Shown here: piece after piece, positions 1 through 12,126 of the stretch
Layout: every line of letters starts with the position of its first letter
Position numbering within the stretch: the stretch's first letter is position 1
NCBI GenBank assembly: GCA_951406725.2
Contig: OX597818.1
Span: 137,268,001 to 137,332,000 of the forward strand
Source: Octopus vulgaris
Taxonomy: Eukaryota
Reading direction: 5' to 3'
Length of the DNA stretch: 64,000 nucleotides
Position numbers and translations under genes: made by a program
The notes under the pieces: generated by a model
Seen by the model: the letters and a program-made list of their open reading frames with translations, nothing else
Told to the model about the DNA's origin: nothing
The model's database searches: none

Positions 1-492
1 GGTGGAATATTCCCATCAAACTTCCGTTAAATGTAAGCGTAACAGGCCGGATATTATTATTTGGGACAGAGGGGTCAGTGGACCTGCAGATATAAATACC
101 ATAGGGGTTAGTGGCCCTGTAGATATAAATATCTCTTTGAAAATCAAAGAAAAAGAGGATATCCATGGACAACTGCTTCGAAACCTCAAGCTTCTATATC
201 CAGACTATGAAATCATATTCATACCAATAATAATCGCAGCATTAAGTTTTGTTAGCAAATACTCAAAGGAGAATCTGGAGAAACTGGGATTTTCAGAAAG
301 AGAAATTAACCGGTTGATTCGTACGTTACAAATCCAATCTGTGAGTGGAACAGTAAAAATATGCAAGACTTTTCTCAAGTTCCAAGTGTGAATTTCACTG
401 TGTTAACCACATCCGAAAGATGGATCATTATATCTTTGTTGGAAACCGGCTCTCTCCTCAGTGGAAGATTTATAATAATTAAAAATAGAAGA
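1..492 (+). mobile_element. 3' fragment of R4/Dong-like non-LTR retrotransposon (restriction-like endonuclease domain + 3' UTR), ending in (CATA)n
   Basis: ORF 2..391 contains RNRPDIIIWD...KEKEDIHGQL...IFIPIIIAALS, the RPD...K..K.Y..L...P.IIGALG pattern of RLE non-LTR elements; the 3' UTR runs directly into (ATAC)n at 493. Confidence 0.75.
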
Positions 493-543
493 TACATACA
501 TACATAATACATACATACATACATACATACATACATACATACA

Positions 544-579
<36 letters not shown>

Positions 580-582
580 TAT

Positions 583-1521
583 ACAATAGACCTGATATGA
601 TTTGGGATAGATAACAGAAACTGTGTACATTTGTGGAAATCAGCTTCACAATAGGTGTTAACACGAAGCAGAAGGTCAGTGAAAAAGAGAATACCTACGC
701 TGGACTATTGAGAAATCTGCAGTTATTCTAAACACATTACAAGTTCACGTTTATACTTGTAATCATTGGGGCACTGGGATATGTGGAGGCGCAATGGCCC
801 AGTGGTTAGGGCAGCGGACTCGCGGTCGTAGGATCGCGTTTTCGATTCCCAGACCGGGCGTTGTGAGTGTTTATTGAGCGAAAACACCTAAAAGCTCCAC
901 GAGGCTCCGGCAGGGGATGGTGGTGATCCCTGCTGTACTCTTTCACCACAACTTTCTCTCACTCTTACTTCCTGTTTCTGTTGTACCTGTATTTCAAAGG
1001 GCCGGCCTTGTCACTCTCTGTGTCACGCTGAATATCCCCGAGAACTACGTTAAAGGTACACGTGTCTGTGGAGTGCTCAGCCACTTACACGTTAATTTCA
1101 CGAGCAGGCTGTTCCGTTGATCGGATCAACCGGAACCCTCGTCGTCATAACCGACGGAGTGCTTCCACTGGGATATGTAACACACTGTCTCAAAACCAAT
1201 CTTGAGAAATTAGGCTTCTCAAAATCAGAAAGGAGAAACCAAATTCGTGATTACTGTTCCAATCCATCACTAGAACTGTAAAAATCTGTAAAACTTTCCA
1301 GAAGTTTATCATTTAGGTATATATGAGCATGTCTAGATATGCAACTATATGCATGAAAATACATACATAAAATAAAACATACAACTCTGCATGTATACAT
1401 ACATACATACAAAAATACCCTGTTGTTGATGTTGAAATTCCAATGAAGGAGCCTTGGATCTAGGTTAGAAACCGGTTCTTTCGCTTTTGGCAAGAAATCT
1501 TGAAATAAAGCTGAATAGTAA
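583..1521 (+). mobile_element. Second, diverged R4/Dong-like RLE 3' fragment, interrupted by a SINE and flanked by (CATA)n
   Basis: Manual translation from 585: NRPDMIWDR*QKLCTFVEIS...EKENTYAGLLRNLQL...ILVIIGALGY[SINE]VTHCLKTNLEKLGFS; 3' UTR shares GAAACCGG(C/T)TCT with the first copy and ends at (CATA)n 1522. Confidence 0.7.
785..1167 (+). mobile_element. tRNA-derived SINE, family A (full length)
   Basis: Head GGAGGCGCAATGGCCCAGTGGTTAGG (A box) and TTCGATTCC (B-box-like); near-identical to other copies in the window; TSD CACTGGGATATGT at 772-784 and 1166-1178. Confidence 0.92.
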
Positions 1522-1607
1522 CATACATACATACATACATACATACATACATACATACATACATACATACATACATACATACGTACATACATACATACGT
1601 ACATACA

Positions 1608-1639
<32 letters not shown>

Positions 1640-2228
1640 GGAATACTTGTGGAACATTCCCATCAAAACATCTGTCAAGTAAAACAGTAAATGCAGCAAA
1701 CTGAGTTAAAAACCTTTTTAGCTCTCCCTAAGGGTCTTTCCATCATATATGACGACCATGTACTGTATCTTTATGAAGGACACTTAAGCTTTAATCGTAC
1801 AACTTCCATTAACCTTAATTACATCCTCACAAGTTCGTGGACATAGCCTTGAGTAAAGTATAATCCCACGAGCCTGCGGAGAGTAGGTCATGGCCACAGC
1901 CTTGAGTAAAATATAGTTACACGGATGGGAGTGTCTTCTGTGAAGATGAAGCTAGCAATCTCGACGAGGCTATAATCCTACGAATATAGAAGGGCCTGGG
2001 AAATTCTCACAGGTCTAGGATATATTTGTGATAGCCATGGTGGTAACCTCATCGACACTATAAAAAAGGAAATTTAACGACAGCGATAAATTTAAGTATT
2101 CTACAAAGTTTTAGAAATATGTATTTAGTTAACAGAGGCATGGCATGGCGTCTTCCTCTGTCTAAATTCACAACCTGGTGGCTTAGATATGCCACATTTT
2201 ACTTCATTGACATTTGGAGCAATTTGTT

Positions 2229-2272
<44 letters not shown>

Positions 2273-2568
2273 CGCGTGTGTGTGTGCGCAAGTATGTGTG
2301 AGTTGATATTACTTGTTTTGTTCTTCCTTTACTTCTTCAATGCTTCTGCTGAGTTCATAGGTGTCTGTCTGTTTGTCTGTCTCACAGGCTGCCTGCTTGT
2401 CTATCTGTCTGTCTGTCTGTCTGTCTATATAATGTGTGGTGTGTGTATGTGTGTCTGTGTCTGTGTGCGCGCGCATGTGTGAGTGATTTAAAAAATGTCC
2501 ATGTTCGCAGAGGCTGGATACCGGCACGGACACACACAACCCACCCCCATATATATATATATATTATT

Positions 2569-2977
2569 CTTTTACTCTTTTACTTGTTTCAGTCACTTGA
2601 CTGCGGCCATGCTGGAGCACCGCCTTTAGTCGAGCAAATCGACCCCGGGACTTATTCTTTGTAAGCCCAGTACTTATTCTATCGGTATTTTTTGCCGAAC
2701 CGCTAAGTGACGGGGACGTAAACACACCAGCATCGGTTGTCAAGCAATGCTAGGGGGACAAAGACACTCACACAAACACACATACACACACACACACATA
2801 TATATATATGTATATACATATATACGACAGGCTTCTTTCAGTTTCCGTCTACCAAATCCACTCACAAGGCATTGGTCGGCCCGGGGCTATAGCAGAAGAC
2901 ACTTGCCCAAGATGCCACGCAGTGGGACTGAACCCAGAACCATGTGGTTGGTTAGCAAGCTACTTACCACACAGCCA
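2569..2977 (-). mobile_element. tRNA-derived SINE, family C (CORE-like block, internal CA/TA microsatellite)
   Basis: Reverse complement reads TGGCTGTGTGGTAAG...GGTTCAGTCCC...CTTGGGCAAGTGTCTT..., tail (AAGAGTAA)n; near-identical copies at 20405, 43731 and 56682. Confidence 0.85.
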
Positions 2978-2999
2978 ATATATATATATATATATATAT

Positions 3000-3354
3000 C
3001 AGGCACGTGCAATCAGTAATTACTCAGGGTAGACAGTTGGTGACTTTTAGTAAAGCACTAAAAGAATAAGCGAAATAGAGATGCGTGACTGAGTTGAAGG
3101 CGGATTTACTCCTGCCTTTATGGCACGTACAGAAAGCAGCGTTGTAGGAGACTGAAAAGCAGGGGAGAATTATGCCTACCTAATCTAAAAACAAAATTAT
3201 ATATTTTGCATTTTATGTATTGTAATCAGAGTAACCTTCATAATTTTATTGAATTAGGTACATATTTTTCCATAAAAGGAAAATAATTTGCTATCAATCT
3301 ATCTTATTCAATGTAGGCACTGTCTACTTTGCCTACCTAGGCTTCACGTCCCTG
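3000..3354. mobile_element. hAT-like MITE
   Basis: Imperfect TIRs CAGGCACGTG...GTAGACAGT and ACTGTCTAC...CACGTCCCTG, flanked by ATATATAT on both sides; no ORF. Confidence 0.5.
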
Positions 3355-3361
3355 ATATATA

Positions 3362-4623
3362 TTCAGTTGGCAACTAAGTTCCCGCGTTTTTTTTAAATTT
3401 TGGAATTTATTGCGGTTTTAAATTTTGAAATCTATATTTTTCGAGAATTCTATTTTTGAATCATTTTCGAATCTATTTTTTTTTCTAGTTAATTTCAGTT
3501 AATTTTTGTTTGTTTTCAGATCATTAAAATGGAAAGCCAAGTTAAGAAAAACGAGCATTTTCGATACCTCCTTTTCGCTTTTAATCAAGATCCTAAGGCC
3601 GCAAAAGCTGCTCGCGACATTTGTGCTGTGTGTGGAGAGGGGGCCATAGCTGCAAGAACCGCTCGTGATTGGTATGCCAAGTTCAAAAATGGAAATTTTG
3701 ACCTCAGAGTCGCACATCGTTCTGGCCGTCCAGTTGAGTTCGATGAAGAGCGATTAAACCAACTTTTGCATGAAAGTTCTCGTCAAACGACGAGGGAACT
3801 GGCAGAGAAAATGGAATACTCCTACACTGCTATAGAGAAGCATCTTCACCCGATGGGAAACGTTGAGAAGTATGGAGCATGGGTTCCACATGCTTTAAGT
3901 GACAACAACAAAAATCTACGAGCCATAATCTCCGCTCGTTTGCTTTCTCGTCGCCGCTCAACTCATGGACACAAGCAACGATTTCCTTACCGAATCGTTA
4001 CTGACGACGAAAAATGGTGCCTGTACATCAATTTGAAGCAGCGTAAGGAATGGCTTAACCCCAGTAAACAAGCGACACCGCGCGTGAAACAAGATCTTCA
4101 TCCGCGTAAAACGATGTTCTGCGTATGATGGGACTGGGAATGGATTATCCATTACGAATTGCTTGAACGGAACCAAACGTTCAACGCGTAACTATGTTCA
4201 ACAAATGGAACCACTCAACACAGCTACTCAAGAGAAAAGACCTAATCGTTAGCATGGAGTTCTACTGCTGCACGAAAACGCTCGCCCTCATATCACCAAT
4301 ATGACCAAACGCATGCTGTCACACATGCTGTACTATCCTCATTTGGCACCAATGAATTTCCTACCTCTTTCGATATCTTTCAAATGCTATGCGTGGAGTT
4401 TCGTTCAACACTGATGCAGAATTGAGAGCCTGGTTGGTTCAAGTTTTCGAGTCGAAATCAGGTGATCTCTACCAACGAGGTATTGAAAATCTTCTTGAAC
4501 GTTGGGAAGAAGTTGTAAACAACAAGGGTGAATACATTATTGATTAATTAGTTGTTACTTTTTTATTAAACCTTTAAAAAAATTTTAATTTAAAAAACGG
4601 CGGGAACTTAGTTGCCAACTCAA
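3362..4623 (+). mobile_element. Full-length mariner transposon (mellifera-type TIR), defective
   Basis: TIRs TTCAGTTGGCAACTAAGTTCCCGC and GCGGGAACTTAGTTGCCAACTCAA, TA TSD (3360-3361, 4624-4625), about 1.26 kb. Confidence 0.92.
3529..4547 (+). pseudogene. Mariner transposase pseudogene
   Basis: ORF 3529..4128 has WYAKFKNG, RSGRP, WVPHAL, IVTDDEKW and HPRKTM motifs; premature stop at 4128, with frameshifted C-terminus (LLLHENARPH...NKGEYIID*). Confidence 0.88.
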
Positions 4624-4898
4624 TATTTATGTATATATTTATATATATACAAGCAAAATTGCAGTCATTTAAACAGAATGCATTTATTTCATTGAATACT
4701 TTTATCTTACGATATTTTATGCTCAAAAATCTTCGTTTCAATACCCGTTACATTACAACTGGTTACTACTCACAGCTTAAGTCCCAATCCTCACTTGGAA
4801 TTCTTTGGTGGAAATGAGAACTACAAAATGACGAATTTCTCAAAAATCTCCGTTTCAATATCCACCGCATTAAAAGTGGTTACTATTCAAAACTTTTA

Positions 4899-5098
4899 TC
4901 AAATGTAAGCGTAACAGGCCGGATATTGTTATTTGGGGTTGAAGGGTTGGTGGCCCCGCAGATATAAATAACACAGGGGGTTAGTGGCCCTGTAGATATA
5001 AATATCTCTTTGAAAATCAAAGAAAAAAGGATATCCATGGACAACTGCTTCGAAACCTCCAGTTCTATATCCAGACTATGAAATCATATTCATACCAA
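4899..5098 (+). repeat. Local duplicate of the R4/Dong fragment at about 29-227
   Basis: AAATGTAAGCGTAACAGGCCGGATATT...CCAGACTATGAAATCATATTCATACCAA closely matches 30-227, including the same internal tandem duplication. Confidence 0.85.
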
Positions 5099-5168
5099 GT
5101 GCCAATGTTCACTTAGAATCCTTTAGTGGAAATGAAAACTTCAATAGCACACCCACTTCATAAACGAC

Positions 5169-5554
5169 GGAGGCGCAATGGCCCAGTGGTTTGGGCAGCG
5201 GACTCGCGGTCGTAGGATCGCGGTTTCGATTCCCAGACTGGGCGTTGTGAGTGTTTATTGAGCGAAAACACCTAAAGCTCCACGAGGCTCCGGCAGGGGA
5301 TGGTGGTGATCCCTGCTGTACTCTTTCACCACAACTTTCTCTCACTCTTACTTCCTGTTTCTGTTGTACCTGTATTTCAAAGGGCCGGCCTTGTCACTCT
5401 CTGTGTCACGCTGAATATCCCCGAGAACTACGTTAAGGGTACACGTGTCTGTGGAGTGCTCAGCCACTTACAAGTTAATTTCACGAGCAGGCTGTTCCGT
5501 TGATTCGGATCAACCGGAACCCTCGTCGTCGTAACCGACGGAGTGCTTCTTCCC
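5169..5554 (+). mobile_element. SINE family A (full length)
   Basis: Matches 785-1167; TSD TCATAAACGAC at 5158-5168 and 5555-5565. Confidence 0.92.
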
Positions 5555-6160
5555 TCATAAACGACACTGAATATTGCTTACAAAGAGTTTCGAACGCGTA
5601 AACCACATACCAAAATACTGACTTTGTACCACACAGAATGTCAAATATAACCAAATATAAAATGACAAATATGAAGAGATTACTGAAAGAAAATAGTTGA
5701 CCTATGACATTTAAGGTTAACTCTGCAGCTTCCGGTGTTAATTTACTCCTGCGGATCCGGTCCAGTCATTCTAGTTCGGGTTTAAGGTTTATTTGATATT
5801 TTAGTATGAGGTATATTTGGGTATTTTTGACGTATTAGTTTGTCATATATATATATATATATATATTAGTATTTATAGTGTGTTTACCAGCAATTAGATA
5901 CGTTGTGTGATTAGTTCGCTCTTTGAAACGAACATAAAACAATATAAAATAAATTACAATTCTAAATTTAGTTACTTCCAGTTTTCGATGTACTTCAAAT
6001 GACACACACATGCAGACAAACGCACGCGCTGCCCCCCCCCCCCCCTCACGCACGCGCCCACACACAGACACTCACAAACATTCAGGCTAATGAAAACACG
6101 AGCATGCACATGGATATACACAAACGTATGTACAATGTCACTCAAGAACATACACGCGCG

Positions 6161-6211
<51 letters not shown>

Positions 6212-6481
6212 AGAGAGTCTTATAGGCATATGTACAGTGACCTACACCTGCACTTAAATACGTTTCGAAGAACAAATAAATGTGTACAATTATATCTATA
6301 TATCTATCTATCTATCTATTTATCTATATTTGCACAAGGTATTTTCAGACCTACTTACAAGAAAACAGAAATCCGAGGTTATAGGAAATTCTTTTTTTTT
6401 ATTAATGTCCATTTTATTTATGTATATATACATACACATATATATATATATGTATATGTATTTATATACATATATACATAC

Positions 6482-6549
<68 letters not shown>

Positions 6550-7897
6550 ATGTATTTATATACATATATACATACGTATATATATATATATGTACATATA
6601 TATATATATGTATATATATATATGTCTACGTCTATATGAACATACGTACATATGTATATACATGTCTATGTATACGAACAACCATACAAATATATTAGCC
6701 CTAAATTCTTGCCCCTCCCCTCTCCCACCACTACCACGCCACACTGCACCATAAATAATCCACTGCATTCTTTACTGACGCCTAATGCTATAAAGTATTG
6801 GTTTGAGTGAAGAGTTGTTTATGTCATAGTTGACAAAGAAGGGAAATTACACATACTTGTGATACCATATTTCCTGTGAAACATTCTCTTTTCACCTATT
6901 TCTTCATGTTGACTAAGGTATTCTATTTTCTAAAATTTATTTTCGTTTCGCTTCACCTTCAGAAGAAACAACACCAGTTACAACTACTAGAATTACTGTA
7001 ACTACTACAACTAAAGTAATTACTTAACAATTAATATTTATGGAACTTCTTGGAATGTAGGGCGAATCTGTTTCTTCAATTTCGTCCAAGAATTTTTGTT
7101 TTCTGGTAGTTTCTTTTTGCTGGAAATTATTTGTTTTTGTTTTGTCTTTGTCTGTGCTCTAAGTAGAGCAATAAAACATCCTTGTTTGACTTCAGTTATA
7201 AATGGAACACGATTCCAGCATCAATTGTCTATCAGCAGAGATTTTAATTGAGAACATCGGACAGTTACAAGCTGCTCATTAGTTTACATTAGTGTAAGCC
7301 CCCGTTCACATAGCACCAAACTTATACAGTTGCTAATAAACCAAGCTAAGGAGAGCAATGTTTCAGAATCCATTGGTTCGCTGGAGCGTTACTGACGATT
7401 CCCTTTTCATGTAGTTATTTAGGGACGTATTCATCGCTCCTCTAACACACATACTCACGCTCACACACTCACACATTCTTACAGCAGCACAGGTAGAGTT
7501 ACGCGTGTATAAATTTATATACACACGCGTGCAAATACATAGGTAAACATTCATACATGCATACATACCCATGCAAACAAGTACAAATGTTAACTCATTA
7601 TATGACTCGTGCATGTTGATATCTGCACATAGAGGTAAGATATGTTCGAATGGGTAAAGTATTCTAATATTTGCTTAGGGATCGTGGGTTCACATTCATT
7701 TGCAGGAAATCCGTAGTTATTCGTACAAAATAAAACGTAATATGTTTTATTTTACACAAAACCATTGTAAATAAGTTACCGAATCATCCAGGGAGAATAT
7801 CAAAAGGCCTGAACAGCTATCGGTAGATTTTCTAAAGACCACCGACCACTAAATGTTTTCACATACATATAGAATTCACGCATACATATATATATGT

Positions 7898-8117
7898 GGT
7901 GGCGCAGTGACCCAGTGGTTAGGGCAGCGGACTCGCGGTCGTAGGATCACGGTTTGGATTCCCAGACCGGGCGTTGTGAGTGTTTATTGAGCGAAAACAC
8001 CTAAAGCTCCACGAGGCTCCGGTACGTGGTGGTCGCGAACCCTGCTGTACTCTTTCACCACAACTTTCTCTCACTCTTTCTTCCTTTTTCTGTTGACGCT
8101 CTAACCACTGAACCATA
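7898..8117 (+). mobile_element. SINE family A 5' half, ending in an inverted tRNA-head fragment
   Basis: Family A head/body to about 8095, then GACGCTCTAACCACTGAACCAT, the reverse complement of a SINE A-box head. Confidence 0.7.
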
Positions 8118-8856
8118 CCTACGTACGTACGTACGTACGTACGTACCTACCTACCTACCTTCCTACCTACCTACCTTCCTACTTACCTACCTACATACCT
8201 ACCTACCTACCTACCTACCTACCTACCTACCTACCTACCTACCTACCTACCTACCTACCTACCTACCTACCTTCCTTCCTACCTACCTACCTACCTACCT
8301 ACCTACCTACCTACCATATATATATGTGTGTGTGTGTGTGTATATTTGTACGTTAGAAGTCGACACACTGTCTCTTGGTACTGGTCTTCGGCGGATTATA
8401 AGATGTAGAACGTTGTTCTATATTTTTTATGACTAATTTTGCTTTATTGCTGATTTATTGATGAATAATTTTGCTTCACGATGTAACTCTTGCTGAAAAT
8501 TGAAAGAATTGTTGACAACCATATTTGTGACATAATAATCATATGATCATGTATATATGGGCCATCATTTAGCACCATCTGTCTTCCATCTCTTGGATTA
8601 ATTGTTTCCTCTTAGTTCCTGTAACGTACATTCAGTAGATATTATTTGTCTCACATTCTATTAAATCAGGTGTACGTTAGGGTTCAGTTCTGCCTGTTTT
8701 ATTCTTGTTTGTGTAGGTCATTCTTTTACAGCAATTGTACATAATACTTAACAAATGAGATATTTGTTGCTATTCAACCGATCCTAATGACAATATGGAG
8801 GCCTTCCATGTCTCATCAATACGCACGTACATACATGTATACATGCATACATAGAA

Positions 8857-9045
8857 ATATGGAGAGTAAAATCGATAAAAATCTAACAGTGAACTTGTAC
8901 TGCGGGATGGGTTAAATCCAACGCTTCAGAAATTGTCCTTCGAAGACAATATGGCAATCTTACATTGTCTAAGTCAACAATTCCCTGAAGAAGGATTCTT
9001 TCCTAAACGTTAGAGTTTCTCCCCACTGCAGGTTCACTGCACTGC
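8857..9045 (+). mobile_element. Possible Penelope-like element 3' remnant with degenerate minimal hammerhead
   Basis: ...ESK...(frameshift)VLRDGLN resembles a GIY-YIG C-terminus, followed by CTGAAGAAGGATTCTTTCCTAAACGTTAG (GAAA mutated to TAAA). Confidence 0.35.
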
Positions 9046-9678
9046 TTATGTATGTATGTATGTATGTATGTATGTATGTATGTATGTATGTATGTATGTA
9101 TGTATGTATGTAGGTGTGTGTATGCGTGTGCGTGTATATATATACACATACATAAAATGTCATAGCAATGTGATTTTTATTGACGTTTAACTGGTTTTAC
9201 TCTCAATTCAATGATCACGTAAAAACACCCTTGTTTGTTTTAATACCTCAAAGTATACAATTTACAAAGAAACTTTCTGTTATACTAATGTGGGTGAGTA
9301 AAATGGCTATGTTATCGTTAAATAATTACAGAAGGAACAATAACGTTGTTTGTCTTTCAGCTGATTATCATGGCAACAACCACTGAAAAAAGAAGTGATG
9401 TTTTAAATTCTAGAAACAAATTGCACATTGTAGCGTCAATGATATTAGATTACTTCCAATAACAATTGCGTTAAAGATGAGATTTTTAGAAGGAGATCGC
9501 TAACGATGTCACAAGAATTACTAGAAATAGCAGCCAAAAGTTCACCAAATCATAGTTTATTGTATATATGAAGATTGGCTTGCAGACATAAGTTGTACGT
9601 ATTTACCTCCTCTATTCTCTACACCTCTTAAAACATTGTTACGTGCGCGTGTGTATAAAGAAGTATATATCATGATAA

Positions 9679-9909
9679 GGCGGCGAGCTGGCAGAAACGT
9701 TAGCGCGCAGGGCGAAATGCTTAGCGGTATTTCGTCTGTCGTTACGTTCTAAGTTCGAATTCCGCCGAGGTTGACTTTGCCTTTCATCCTCTCGGGGTCG
9801 ATAAATAAAGTACCAGTTTCGCACTGGGGTCGATGTAATCGACTTAATCCGTTTGTCTGTCCTTGTTTGTCCTCTCTGTGTTTAGCCCCTTGTGGGTAGT
9901 AAAGAAATA
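9679..9909 (+). mobile_element. tRNA-derived SINE, family B (Meta-domain-like central block)
   Basis: GGCGGCGAGCTGGCAGAAACGTTAG...GTTCGAATTCC...GACTTTGCCTTTCATCCT.TCGGGGTCGATAAATAAAGTACCAG; at least 10 copies in the window. Confidence 0.85.
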
Positions 9910-9929
9910 TATCTGTATCATCTTCAGTA

Positions 9930-10255
9930 TTACTGCCACCACCGCCATTACCACCACCACTACCACGATAACAACAACAGCAGTAGCAACAGCAACGACA
10001 GCTACAACAACGAGAACAGCAACAAGAACAACAACGAGACCTTCCACAATGTTCACCACCAGTGCCTCCACCACCGTAACAGCCGCCGCCACCGTCACCA
10101 CTATTACCACCACTACACCACCATCACCGCTACCACCACGATGATGATAAAGATGAAGATGATGATGATGATGAAGATGATGATGAAGATGATGATAATG
10201 ATGATGATAATGAAGATGATAATAATGATGATGAAGATGATGATGATGATTATGT

Positions 10256-10308
<53 letters not shown>

Positions 10309-10327
10309 ATGATGATTATGATGATGT

Positions 10328-10398
<71 letters not shown>

Positions 10399-10402
10399 AT
10401 GT

Positions 10403-10467
<65 letters not shown>

Positions 10468-10682
10468 ATGTTGATTATGATGATTATGATGATGATTATG
10501 TTGATGATGATGATGATGATGATGATGTTGATCATCATCATCGTCATCATCATCATCATTATCACGTGCAGCTGCAACAGCAGCAGTAACAGCTGCGGCG
10601 TTCCCCTTTGCAATCTCTATCACTCCTGAAACTATAAACCTCAACCTCGCACCCAAACTGCCATTACTGCATTATTATGAAA

Positions 10683-10729
<47 letters not shown>

Positions 10730-10830
10730 GATGGTCACAGTCATTATCACCATCATCGTTGAAGCCTCGCATTTCCCCGTCGGCAGCGGTGGCAACGGTG
10801 TTACCTTGTCGTCACCGCTGCCACCACGAA
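9930..10830. repeat. Trinucleotide microsatellite mosaic: (ACC/AAC/GCC)n then long (ATG)n
   Basis: Direct reading; (ATG)n array 10141-10530 and 10683-10730. Confidence 0.9.
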
Positions 10831-11023
10831 GATGATAGCAACTTACGACGAGTACAAAGCTGACGATTCAAAGTCTAACCATATTACCCCTCTTCTAACG
10901 TTTTCAGTCTTGTTTTGCACCACAGCTAATTATATATTTAACGTATAAAGGTACTCTATTTCTATGCTACCTTTTCCTATCGTTGCCAAATTTGTGGCAC
11001 CCTATTCGTAACTTTACCATAAA

Positions 11024-11411
11024 TGGGATGGAAGCACTCCGTCGGTTACGACGACGAGGGTTCCGGTTGATCCGAATCAACGGAACAGCCTGCTCGTGAA
11101 ATTAACGTGTAAGTGGCTGAGCACTCCACAGACACGTGCACCCTTAACGTAGTTCTCGAGGATATTCAGCGTGACACAGAGAGTGACAAGGCCGGCCCTT
11201 TGAAATACAGGTACAACAGAAACAGGAAGTAAGAGTGAGAGAAAGTTGTGGTGAAAGAGTACAGCAGGGATCACCACCATCCCCTGCCGGAGCCTGGTGG
11301 AGCTTTAGGTGTTTTCGCTCAATAAACACTCACAACACCCGGTCTGGGAATCGAAACCGCGATCCTATGACCGCGAGTCCGCTGCCCTAACCACTGGGCC
11401 ATTGCGCCTCC
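11024..11411 (-). mobile_element. SINE family A (full length)
   Basis: Reverse complement of family A; TSD TTTACCATAAA at 11013-11023 and 11412-11422. Confidence 0.92.
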
Positions 11412-11510
11412 TTTACCATAAACAATGAAGTGGGAAAAAAAAAACAGAGAGTTCTCTGGACTTTGTGTCAGCGAAAAACTGATACCTATTACAACAGCAT
11501 AAATTTTATA

Positions 11511-11912
11511 TTCTTTTCTAATGTAGGTACAAGGTCCGAAATTTTGGGCGAGGGGGCTAGTGGATCAGATCGACCATCAGTACGCAACTGGTACTTAATT
11601 TATTGACCCCGAAAGGATAAAAGTAAAAGTCAACATCGGAGGAATTTGAACTACAGAACGTAAAGAAAACACGAAATACTTATTTATTTACTACCCAGAA
11701 GGGGCTAAACTCAGAGGGGACAAACAAGGACAGACATAGGTATTAAGTCGATTACATCGACCCCCAGTACGTAACTGGTACTTATTTAATTGACCCCGAA
11801 AGGATGAGAGGCAAAGTCGACCTCGGCGGAATTTGAACTCAGAACGTAACAGCAGATGAAATACGGCTACGCATTTCGCCCGGCGTGCTAACGATTCTGC
11901 CAGATCGCCGCC
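11511..11912 (-). mobile_element. Two tandem SINE family B copies (11511-11680 truncated with alternative tail; 11682-11912 full length)
   Basis: Both contain the reverse complement of the GTCGAC/TTTGCCT.TCATCCTTTCGGGGTC block. Confidence 0.8.
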
Positions 11913-12126
11913 CTAATAATATATTTTATATTATAAGAGGTCTGTCACGGCAAATATACACAATAATAATATACTTTTATTCGAAGGCAATAATAATATA
12001 TATATATACACACGTATGTATATGTACGTAGCCACGCATGCATGTAAATATGTATGTGTGTGTGTGTGTGTGTGTGTGTGAGTGTTTGTATGTATGTATG
12101 AATCTAGCTATCTATCTATTTAAATA

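Noticed and set aside
785-860. tRNA-like sequence with A/B boxes
   Set aside because: SINE head with no complete cloverleaf or acceptor stem; not a tRNA gene
917-1120. Recurrent 67-aa ORF MVVIPAVLFHHNF... (about 6 copies)
   Set aside because: Lies within SINE family A; recurrence reflects SINE copy identity, and other copies disrupt it
1840-2065. Spaced ~55-bp repeats (AGCCTTGAGTAAA.TATA) as a CRISPR-like array
   Set aside because: Only two good repeats, the rest degenerate; eukaryotic context and no cas genes, so at most a decayed minisatellite
5999-6754. 251-aa ORF and the many YI/CV/TH-repeat ORFs across the window
   Set aside because: Dinucleotide and tetranucleotide microsatellite translations
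9844-10656. 270-aa poly-His and 245-aa poly-Met ORFs
   Set aside because: Translations of an (ATG/CAT)n microsatellite, open in several frames on both strands, with no domain content
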